Shown one piece after another: positions 1 through 7,423 of a stretch of DNA of 10,374 nt. The notes under the pieces are model-generated. The model had not been told where the DNA came from, did no database searches, and worked only from the letters and a program-made list of their open reading frames with translations. A program made the translations under genes and the position numbers. How positions within the stretch are numbered: position 1 is the stretch's first letter; every line of letters begins with the position of its first letter. Source of the stretch: Candidatus Hodarchaeum mangrovi (GTDB lineage: Archaea > Asgardarchaeota > Heimdallarchaeia > Hodarchaeales > Hodarchaeaceae); assembly GCA_016839515.1 (NCBI GenBank), contig JAEOUE010000240.1, positions 1 through 10,374 on the forward strand, in the 5' to 3' direction.

Positions 1-2477
1 ATATTCATTTCTGTTAGAAATGATACAAGTTCAGATTCTTGTTCTTTTGCCCAGAATTGTAAAGATCGATGCATAATATTAATGAGAGTATCATAGTTAC
101 TGATTAAACGTCGCTCCTGAGATAAAAACAACCAAATATTCTTAGAGTCTCTCTTTAAGAATTCTCCCTTACACCAGAGCTCATTCAAGCTAATTCCTAC
201 CGATTTAGCAATTGAGATTGCCTCTATAATTGAAAGAGTCTTTCCTTGGGAAAACCAGAGACTCATCAGATAGAACTTTGAATAAGGGTCGAGTGGAGAA
301 TTTTTGTCATCTTTAATCAATTGATCTGTTAAAAATTGTGTAGAATATTCTTTTATATCATTTAATAGGTCTTTAATTGCATAGGGTTCTTTTGTTTTTG
401 AAAATATTTTTTCATATTTGCTATAAATTTCCATAGCTGGACCAATAGCTGAAATAAGATAATCTCCTCCTCCAATCACGCCATGTTGCCAAAAAGTAGT
501 TAATCGTTCTGAAATACGCGATTTAATTTGATTTTCTATTTTATTTAAAAAAATAAAACCTTTTTTAGGGATTTTACGGCATACTAGGTAAATAGAAGAG
601 CCTAATGCAGCTGAATAACGAGCTCTTAACCGTGTTTTCATTTCGGTTTGGATTGGCCATGAAGCAGTAATAATAAATCCTGCATTTAATAGTCCTTGAA
701 GCATAGCCTCCCACCCATCTGCTGATTTGTGAGCATAAACAATTATTGCTATACCTTCAGGCTTTAAAGTTCGAAACATTTCTTTAAATGCGAGAGCTAA
801 ATTACTTTCAAAAAATAATTTTGGATTATCTTGACGTGATTTATTTGCAATAATTTCTTCTTTTTTAGGAGAGAGATGTGAACTAAAAAGATCTGGAAAT
901 ATATCTTTTAAAATCCGTTTAAACCAAACGTAAAAGAAATCGGAAAGATCAGCATAAGGAACATTATCATAATATGGTGGATCAGTTATGATTGCATCAA
1001 AAAAGGCATCAGGATATGGTAACTGTTTAGCATTACCTTGTGTAATGGTTATTGAGGAGGAAACACTCCATGAGTTTGCCTTAAGAAATCGAACCACCCA
1101 TTCTTTATGAGCATCCCAATCCCCATTCCCACCTGAAAAGACATTGACTTCAGCGTAGTCCCACTTCATAGGTAAGGCAGTTCGTCCATAAACATGTTCA
1201 ATTTTTTCCCCATAGACATTATAAACTACTAGGTTAGCATTTTTATCTGCTAAACGACCTAATATTAACGCCAAATAACCTAAAATGGCTTGATAAAGAA
1301 TATTACTGTTTGGATAAAGTTGACAATCAGTCAAAATCTCTGGTTTCAATGAGTTAATTGCATCAACAAAGGAAACAAGAGAAAGAAGCTGCCGTGCGTT
1401 AAAAAGGTCTTTCCATTGGTTATATCCATAACTTTGAAGGTTTACACCTAAGGAGCCAGCAGGAGGTAATTCCTCTGAGGGTAAAGGCTCTAAATCCCAA
1501 TACCAGATTTTTGTTTTACGAGATAAGAATGTTTTAGCCTCCTGCCAAGTTTGTAGATCATTTTGTTCTGCAATTCGGTAACGCTTACCTTTGATATTTG
1601 GATGTCTTAAAATAAGTACTAGAAGTCGTTGGCCCATTTTACCTTCACGGGCAAGTCTTCGTGTAATTTTAACAGAATTTGTTTCTCCACAAACCAAACA
1701 TGTAGCGTTTCCTCTATTAACTGTACCTTTAGATGGATTAAAATCGATTTTATCATCATATTGAATCTTAAATTCAACCTTCTTTGGTAATTTATGGATA
1801 ATTGGTTTATATGCAATTTTCCGTGTTTTTTTCTTAGCTAACCAGAAATGACGAATTAAGGGAATTTCACTTTGACATTTTAGGTTAGTACAAGGTATGG
1901 TTCGTGCCCAGATGAAGCCAATTGGTATCCACCCATCATTTTCTAAGGGATAAAACTGACTTATTTCATGAAAAACTTTATCTTTAACCTGATTGGCCCA
2001 ATAATTAACTTTTTCGGCAAGTAGATTATCTTCAAATAGGTGGGGCCATTCCAAGCTTGCTTTTTGAACAAGAACAGCTACTGGGTTCAATTCATTAGCA
2101 TAGGTATGACATCCTAAACGATATGATTCTAGGGGAATAGATCCTCCTCCACTAAAGGGGTCTAAAATTTTAGGTGGTTCTTTCCATTCTTTTTGGAGAA
2201 GCTTTTGAGCTTTAGAAATAATTGGAGAATGTCCATTCTTCACTACGTCCCAGGGTAATATTTTTCGCACTAATTCAAGTAGATTTGCCTGAATTTCAGG
2301 GGAATTTGGTAATTCAAGTAGTGCAGCAAAGTTTGTGGCTCGTGAAGCAGAAAGAGGACGACGAGCCCACCATAAATGGAGAGTAGAAGGATGACCATGT
2401 CGAATGCTTTTTTCGCTACTACTATGCTTTGAAATCTCGCGTAAAGGCAAATTCCATTCGATTAATCGTGATTTCAT
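1..2477 (-). CDS. DUF1156-domain adenine-specific DNA methyltransferase with Zn ribbon (COG1743-like), 3'-partial, >825 aa
   Basis: Not in the ORF track because it runs off the window edge. Translated by hand from ATG at 2477: MKSRLIEWNLPLREISKHSSSEKSIRHGHPSTLHLWWARRPLSASRA (DUF1156 signature HxWWARRPL). SAM-binding motif I DPFSGGGSIPLE...NELNPVA starts at 2162, Cys pairs CTNLKC (1892-1875) and CLVC (1700-1689), catalytic motif IV ITDPPYYDNVPYADLSDFFYVW (DPPY 983-972). All motifs are in the same frame, which is still open at position 1. Confidence 0.95.
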   Translation of the reverse strand, partial: MKSRLIEWNLPLREISKHSSSEKSIRHGHPSTLHLWWARRPLSASRATNFAALLELPNSPEIQANLLELVRKILPWDVVKNGHSPIISKAQKLLQKEWKEPPKILDPFSGGGSIPLESYRLGCHTYANELNPVAVLVQKASLEWPHLFEDNLLAEKVNYWANQVKDKVFHEISQFYPLENDGWIPIGFIWARTIPCTNLKCQSEIPLIRHFWLAKKKTRKIAYKPIIHKLPKKVEFKIQYDDKIDFNPSKGTVNRGNATCLVCGETNSVKITRRLAREGKMGQRLLVLILRHPNIKGKRYRIAEQNDLQTWQEAKTFLSRKTKIWYWDLEPLPSEELPPAGSLGVNLQSYGYNQWKDLFNARQLLSLVSFVDAINSLKPEILTDCQLYPNSNILYQAILGYLALILGRLADKNANLVVYNVYGEKIEHVYGRTALPMKWDYAEVNVFSGGNGDWDAHKEWVVRFLKANSWSVSSSITITQGNAKQLPYPDAFFDAIITDPPYYDNVPYADLSDFFYVWFKRILKDIFPDLFSSHLSPKKEEIIANKSRQDNPKLFFESNLALAFKEMFRTLKPEGIAIIVYAHKSADGWEAMLQGLLNAGFIITASWPIQTEMKTRLRARYSAALGSSIYLVCRKIPKKGFIFLNKIENQIKSRISERLTTFWQHGVIGGGDYLISAIGPAMEIYSKYEKIFSKTKEPYAIKDLLNDIKEYSTQFLTDQLIKDDKNSPLDPYSKFYLMSLWFSQGKTLSIIEAISIAKSVGISLNELWCKGEFLKRDSKNIWLFLSQERRLISNYDTLINIMHRSLQFWAKEQESELVSFLTEMN

Positions 2478-2613
2478 AAGAATTGGGCGTCCAGTGGCAG
2501 TTAAAAATTCAATTGAATTATAAACTAAAAAGTATAATAAATATAGATTTCTTAAAAATGTGATTCAAGCAATTTAAAATATAAAATATTTACACATACT
2601 AAGGTGAAACTAT
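2478..2613. promoter_or_regulatory. Divergent promoter region between the methyltransferase and the pgi-like gene
   Basis: Very AT-rich 136-bp spacer between divergent starts. Minus-strand TATA-like TTTATAAT (2524-2517) and TTTTTAAC (2507-2500), plus-strand TTTAAAAT (2573-2580), and a perfect palindrome AATTCAATTGAATT at 2506-2519. Confidence 0.55.
2601..2607 (+). promoter_or_regulatory. Shine-Dalgarno site (AAGGTGA) of the pgi-like gene
   Basis: AAGGTGA lies 6 nt upstream of ATG 2614 and is complementary to the 16S 3' UCACCU segment. Confidence 0.7.
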
Positions 2614-3747
2614 ATGAAAATCTTATTACCAGATGGATTCAGAGATCAAATTGATCCAATTCCTCCATTTGAGATACCTGATTTTGTAAAAAATATGGAT
2701 AAGTTTATTTCTAGAGCTAAACAGTTGGAAAAGAATATTCCTAAAGTATTAGGTACATATGAGCATTTAGGGATAGTGGGTATTGGAGGATCTCAAGTAC
2801 AACCCTTAATATTTCGACCACATTCCAAAGTATCCGTTACACATTTGGAAGTTCCTGATCCATATGTGTTAAAAGAATTAGCTAGTTATGAATCTATTAA
2901 AACTCGGATAATCTACTGTTCTCGGTCAGGAACTACAAAAGAAGTGATAAGTTTCATTCCATATCTTCTGGAATATCAATCGTTAGTCGTTACAAATGGA
3001 GGACCACTCTTAGAGGTTTGCGATGAACTAGGATGGTCTCGTGTTTCAGTAGGGTATGATGTATCTGGGAGATTCGCTATACAAAATGAATTAGGGATTG
3101 TCCCCATGATTGCGATGGGATTAGACTCTAATGAATTTTTATCTGGTCTGAAAAATAGTTATAAAGAAAATTTTAAGAGAGGTTCTTTAGCAGACGAAGT
3201 AGCTCTGATCTTTTTTAATCTAGAGAAAAGTGAATTTGCCAAAATACGTATTCTTCCTTCGGGTCAGTTTACACAGGGACTTGGTATCTTATTTACCCAG
3301 CTAATAAATGAATCCGTTCCTAAACACCTACAAGATGCATTAGATGCTTCACTTCATATTATGCCAAGGAGTGCACATTCGGATTTACAAAGATGGTATG
3401 GAGGAGTAAAGGATTCTGCTATCTTTACCTTTCAATGTGAGGAGTATTTAGAGGATATTGAGCCAGAAGGTTATCCAAAACACCTCAAAAAGATTATTCC
3501 AGGAATAAAAGCGAAATCGGGTCAACACCTCAATATAACTTCACGAGCAGTTGAAGATACTTTTCCGGGACCTGTATTTAAATGTCTTCTCGAAAAAAAT
3601 TCAGTTACCGAGACAGCTTATTGTGTTGGATTTTTACATGCTCTTACAATACGGCTTTGTCAGCTGAAAGGTTCCAATCCATTTGACCAACCAGCTGTTC
3701 AACAGTATAAAGACAGAGCAACCGAAATTTATAAAAAACTTGGATGA
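2614..3747 (+). CDS. pgi: Glucose-6-phosphate isomerase family (double SIS fold) protein, compact and divergent
   Basis: PGI motifs in the expected order: GIGGS, SRSGTTKE (phosphate loop SKSGxTxE), VSGRFA (GGRFS), QLINES (catalytic Glu), AHSDLQ (catalytic His), NPFDQPAVQQYK (catalytic Lys). Confidence 0.8.
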   Translation: MKILLPDGFRDQIDPIPPFEIPDFVKNMDKFISRAKQLEKNIPKVLGTYEHLGIVGIGGSQVQPLIFRPHSKVSVTHLEVPDPYVLKELASYESIKTRIIYCSRSGTTKEVISFIPYLLEYQSLVVTNGGPLLEVCDELGWSRVSVGYDVSGRFAIQNELGIVPMIAMGLDSNEFLSGLKNSYKENFKRGSLADEVALIFFNLEKSEFAKIRILPSGQFTQGLGILFTQLINESVPKHLQDALDASLHIMPRSAHSDLQRWYGGVKDSAIFTFQCEEYLEDIEPEGYPKHLKKIIPGIKAKSGQHLNITSRAVEDTFPGPVFKCLLEKNSVTETAYCVGFLHALTIRLCQLKGSNPFDQPAVQQYKDRATEIYKKLG

Positions 3748-3872
3748 TTTTTCAAAAGATACTTCAAAAAAAATGAGGGGAAGATAATTTAACCAATTTA
3801 AGAACAATTAGAGAAAAAAACAGATATCATAATTGAAATAAAGCGATTTGAAAAAACAGTCTTTTGATAATA

Positions 3873-5234
3873 ATGCCTCATTCTCCTTTTACTGGAAAAG
3901 AACTGATTTATAATGTCTTTAATCATAAGAAGATGGATAAAATTCCATGGGTTCCATTTGCTGGTGTCCATGCGGGGTCATTATGTAATTATACCGCTCC
4001 AGAATTGTTAATAGACTCAAAGAAATTATTAAAAGCTTTACTAAAGGTGAATGAGACTTATCATCCTGATGGGCAGCCAATAGTTTTTGATCTTCAAGTT
4101 GAAGCAGAGATCTTAGGATGTACACTACAATGGGCAGATAAATCACCACCTATGGTAATTTCTCACCCACTGGCAAAAGATCTCACAATTCCAACGAAAA
4201 TTCCCTCAAAAAAGGATGGTAGGCTTCCTGTAATTTTAGAGACAACGCAAAAATTTAAAACACTAGTGGGAGAGGAAACAGCATTATTTGGCCTACTCTG
4301 TGGTCCCTTGACTTTGGCATCTCACCTACGAGGAATGACATTTTATATTGATTTGATAACAAATCCACAGTATTGTAACCAATTAATTGAGTATTGTACG
4401 AAGGTTGCACATCAAATAGCAGATTATTATATGGAAGTAGGGATGGATGTGATAGCAATTGTAGATCCTGTTGTCTCACAAGTTTCTCCTAGAACCTTTC
4501 AAGAATTTCTGATAAAACCATTCAAGTCATTTTTTACACATATACGCCAGAGAAAGATCTTTTCTAGCTTTTTTGTCTGCGGAGATGCCACTAAAAACCT
4601 TGAAATGATGACTCAAACTTTCCCTGATTCAATCTTTGTAGATGAAAATATCAATATGAAAACTGCTCAAGATATCCTTCAACCCAAAGGAATCCTTCTT
4701 GGGGGAAATATTCCCCTGACAACAATAATGTTATTCGGATCTCAACAAGATAATATGCGGTATGTTATTGAATTAATCGAAAATTTAGGAACAGAGAATC
4801 TTATTATTGCTCCTGGGTGTGATATGCCTTATGATACTCCCCCTGAAAATGTGATTGGTGTAATTCAGGCGATAAAAGAGCCTACTCTTATTAAAGAGTC
4901 TCTTTTAAATTATCAATCCACTGAACTTAATCTGGATATTCCTCTTCCTAATTATTCAAATCTTTCCAAGCCATTGGTGGAAGTTTTTACAATTGATTCT
5001 GATATATGTGCTGCCTGCGGATATATGCTTAATGCTGCAAAAGAAATCAAGACATATTTTAACGATAAAATTGATTTGGTGGAATATAAATATACTAACA
5101 AGGAGAATATAGCTCGAGGAAAGAAATTACAGTTAAAACATCTCCCTGCAATTCTCATTAATGGAAAAGTGATCTATTCTTCATTAATCCCTCCTAAAAC
5201 AGAATTTATACAGCAAATTGAAAAGGTGCTATAA
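3873..5234 (+). CDS. Uroporphyrinogen decarboxylase-fold MtaA/CmuA-like methyltransferase fused to a C-terminal thioredoxin-like CxxC domain
   Basis: FDLQVEAEILG, GPLTLASHLRG, IAIVDP, VCGD, GNIP and IIAPGCDMPYDTPPENV match the URO-D/MtaA TIM barrel. The last ~90 aa read VEVFTIDSDICAACGYM...HLPAILINGK, a thioredoxin/glutaredoxin pattern. ATG 3873 is preferred as start; the ORF track uses TTG 3864. Confidence 0.88.
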   Translation: MPHSPFTGKELIYNVFNHKKMDKIPWVPFAGVHAGSLCNYTAPELLIDSKKLLKALLKVNETYHPDGQPIVFDLQVEAEILGCTLQWADKSPPMVISHPLAKDLTIPTKIPSKKDGRLPVILETTQKFKTLVGEETALFGLLCGPLTLASHLRGMTFYIDLITNPQYCNQLIEYCTKVAHQIADYYMEVGMDVIAIVDPVVSQVSPRTFQEFLIKPFKSFFTHIRQRKIFSSFFVCGDATKNLEMMTQTFPDSIFVDENINMKTAQDILQPKGILLGGNIPLTTIMLFGSQQDNMRYVIELIENLGTENLIIAPGCDMPYDTPPENVIGVIQAIKEPTLIKESLLNYQSTELNLDIPLPNYSNLSKPLVEVFTIDSDICAACGYMLNAAKEIKTYFNDKIDLVEYKYTNKENIARGKKLQLKHLPAILINGKVIYSSLIPPKTEFIQQIEKVL

Positions 5235-6175
5235 TGGAAAAATTGGACCCTCTCCCAATTTTTTTGATTAATGGGTTTCTAGGAGCTGGAAAAACCACCT
5301 ATTTAATTAATTTACTCTCAGAATTAGAAAGTCAGAACCTAAAATGTGGTGTTATTATTAATGAATTTGGAGATTTAGGCATAGATGGTCAGTTAATACC
5401 TGATGATGTTCTTTTGGTTGAAATTAACTCGGGATCAATTTTTTGTCAATGTTTAAACAACCAATTCTTGGAAAATTTGATTAATATTACAAAAAATCAT
5501 CAGCTTGATGTACTTTTAATTGAGGCTTCAGGACTAGCTGACCCGTCAATAATTTATGATAATTTAAGACAAATAGAGAATCAAATCTATAAAAAATACC
5601 TCCTGAAAGAGATTATTTGCTTGATTGATGCTTTTTTCTTCTTAGAATTAAGTACTACATTACAGACTTTAGAACACCAGATAAAAGCCTCTACAATAGC
5701 TTTAATCAATAAAATTGATCTTGTTGAACCAGAAACGATTCATGCTATTGAAAATCGAATACGAGAATATAATCCTAATATAATGCTTTATCAAACATCT
5801 TTTGGGAAGTTTAACTATATTCAATCTCTTCCATCACTTAAGGCTACTCAGATCAAACATGGATTGGGAATTGGAGAGAAAAATGAAGGAATTCCATCAA
5901 TAAAGCGTCTTTTATTGATATCTAACAGACCGCTTAGTAAAGAAGTAGTCATGCCTTTTTTTGAAGAGTTAAAAAAACATACATTTCGTATTAAAGGCTT
6001 TCTGCAATTTCTTGATGGTTGGTGTCAAATAAATAGTGTAAATACCCAGCTAAAGATATCTAAAATAGAAAAGTCTTTTCTTACGAATCAAATTGTTGTA
6101 ATATTTCGAAATACTGTAAGACAAGAACAAATATTAGTTTTTCGTCAACAATGGAATCAACTAAATAGTAATTAA
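5234..6175 (+). CDS. CobW/P47K (COG0523) family G3E metallochaperone GTPase
   Basis: Walker A GFLGAGKTT (5273-5299), INEFG, GSIFCQC metal site, Walker B IEASG, NKID, and C-terminal CobW_C RIKGF. One-base TAATG overlap with the upstream stop and SD AAGGTG at 5223-5228. Confidence 0.92.
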   Translation: MEKLDPLPIFLINGFLGAGKTTYLINLLSELESQNLKCGVIINEFGDLGIDGQLIPDDVLLVEINSGSIFCQCLNNQFLENLINITKNHQLDVLLIEASGLADPSIIYDNLRQIENQIYKKYLLKEIICLIDAFFFLELSTTLQTLEHQIKASTIALINKIDLVEPETIHAIENRIREYNPNIMLYQTSFGKFNYIQSLPSLKATQIKHGLGIGEKNEGIPSIKRLLLISNRPLSKEVVMPFFEELKKHTFRIKGFLQFLDGWCQINSVNTQLKISKIEKSFLTNQIVVIFRNTVRQEQILVFRQQWNQLNSN

Positions 6176-6284
6176 AGTTGGAACCCTTTTTTAAAATTCT
6201 TTTAAAGTCTTATAGAATAATACACTCAATCCTAAGCTCAAAGAATACACTAAAAATAAAACAAAGTGAATAATAAAATTAAGT

Positions 6285-6301
6285 ACTCTGCTATACAAAG
6301 T
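6285..6301. promoter_or_regulatory. Putative operator ACTCTG-N5-CAAAGT
   Basis: Imperfect inverted repeat (5 of 6 arm positions pair, consensus ACTTTG-N5-CAAAGT) immediately upstream of TATA-like TTTATA at 6304-6309 and ~100 nt before the membrane protein/regulator pair. Confidence 0.5.
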
Positions 6302-6401
6302 TATTTATAGTAGTGAAGTTCATTACAATTTAAGATGTTTAATCAATAAATTTGAAGCATCAAGAGACTGAAAATGAAAAAACAGTTTTGAGTGAATAGA
6401 A

Positions 6402-7034
6402 ATGTCAGAAAAAATTAACCTTAAAGCTATTGAGCAGAAAACTTATAATGAACTCATGAAAGATGGAATTACGGAAATTCTTATTGGTTTAATTTTAATC
6501 TTTTGCCCAATTTTTTTCATAGCGCCTTTTATGGTAGTCTTTTATTTTTTCCCAATCTTCTTCGGTAATGCTATTCTCACATTCATTCGAGAACGAACCA
6601 CCTATCCTCGTATCGGACGAGCGGAGCTAAGACTGGGAGAAGAGAAAGAGGATTATTCGGTAAAAAAGAATATTCTAGTATTCTTTCTTTTTATAGTAAT
6701 AATTATTTCAATTGCGGTATCGATAATGTTTATCGTTGAAGGAGAGATACACGATATATCTATATTGTATAAATGGGTACCATTTGCTTTTGGTCTTATC
6801 ATGTTTGGGCCAAGTTTGTATCTTGTTGATAAAACTGGACAAAAATCCTATTATCTTCTTGGATTTTTCCCCACAGTCCTTGGATTAATATTTTCATTAA
6901 TTGTTTTTCCAAATACTAAATTTGGATTATATCTTTATTTTATTGTCTTTGGAATTTTGATGCTAATTCTTGGTATCATAAGGTTTGTTTGGTTTGTACG
7001 GACCTATCCAGTAATCCCCATCGAGGAGGAATAA
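6402..7034 (+). CDS. Hypothetical integral membrane protein (~6 TM helices)
   Basis: Alternating hydrophobic segments, N-terminal DGITEILIGL and a charged loop RERTTYPRIG. This kind of gene commonly lies directly upstream of small winged-helix regulators. Confidence 0.85.
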   Translation: MSEKINLKAIEQKTYNELMKDGITEILIGLILIFCPIFFIAPFMVVFYFFPIFFGNAILTFIRERTTYPRIGRAELRLGEEKEDYSVKKNILVFFLFIVIIISIAVSIMFIVEGEIHDISILYKWVPFAFGLIMFGPSLYLVDKTGQKSYYLLGFFPTVLGLIFSLIVFPNTKFGLYLYFIVFGILMLILGIIRFVWFVRTYPVIPIEEE

Positions 7035-7036
7035 TC

Positions 7037-7354
7037 CTGTCTAATAACAACGACCCTCTAGCTGATTTTAAGCTAAAAACGGATATCAACAAAGTTATTC
7101 ATGAACCCTCCCGTTTACTTATCATGGCTTATCTATTTGTACTCAAGAATGCAGATCTTGTTTTCTTAAAACGAAAAGTTGACCTCACCTGGGGGAATTT
7201 ATCAGCCCATGCGTCTAAACTTGAGGAAGCTGGATATATCAAAATTACTAAAAAGTTTCGGGAGAAAAAACCTGTCACCATACTAGAAATTACTGAGCCA
7301 GGCCGTAATGCTTTTCTTGAATATAAAGAAGTTATGAAAGAAGTGCTTAGATAG
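7037..7354 (+). CDS. Winged helix-turn-helix transcriptional regulator (ArsR/MarR-like, HTH_34 type)
   Basis: IHEPSRLLIMAYL...LTWGNLSAHASKLEEAGYIKITKKFREKKPVTILEITEPGRNAF is the typical signature. Start is uncertain: CTG 7037 follows SD GAGGAGG (7023-7029); the ORF track uses TTG 6989. Confidence 0.9.
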   Translation: MSNNNDPLADFKLKTDINKVIHEPSRLLIMAYLFVLKNADLVFLKRKVDLTWGNLSAHASKLEEAGYIKITKKFREKKPVTILEITEPGRNAFLEYKEVMKEVLR

Positions 7355-7423
7355 TTTAAGGGATTTTATAATGCCAATCACCTGAAAACTTTATCACTGG
7401 CCTTCCCATTCAAATATCAAACA

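Noticed and set aside
1619-1816. 65-aa minus-strand ORF in the track
   Set aside because: Out-of-frame shadow inside the DUF1156 methyltransferase, whose own frame carries the conserved Zn-ribbon cysteines here.
2478-2613. Mobile-element or island boundary next to the methyltransferase
   Set aside because: No tRNA, att-like repeat, integrase or obvious compositional shift is visible.
3745-3792. Possible selenocysteine or readthrough at the pgi TGA
   Set aside because: The PGI fold is complete shortly after the DQPAVQQYK motif, readthrough would add only ~14 residues before TAA, and I see no SECIS-like hairpin. The CAAC motif downstream uses normal Cys codons.
3831-3856. ATTGAAAT / TTTGAAAA resembling CRISPR repeat ends
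   Set aside because: No repeated ~30-37-bp unit with regular spacers and no cas genes.
3919-5158. Three short antisense ORFs (3919-4149, 4255-4479, 4952-5158)
   Set aside because: They lie opposite a well-supported gene and show no recognisable motifs.
3873-5234. Annotation as true uroporphyrinogen decarboxylase HemE
   Set aside because: Lacks the HemE N-terminal PxWxMRQAGR motif and has MtaA-type cysteines instead.
6190-6255. TTTAAAA-ttc-TTTTAAA inverted repeat and AATACACT direct repeat after the CobW gene
   Set aside because: Short and almost entirely A/T in an AT-rich spacer; cannot be distinguished from chance.
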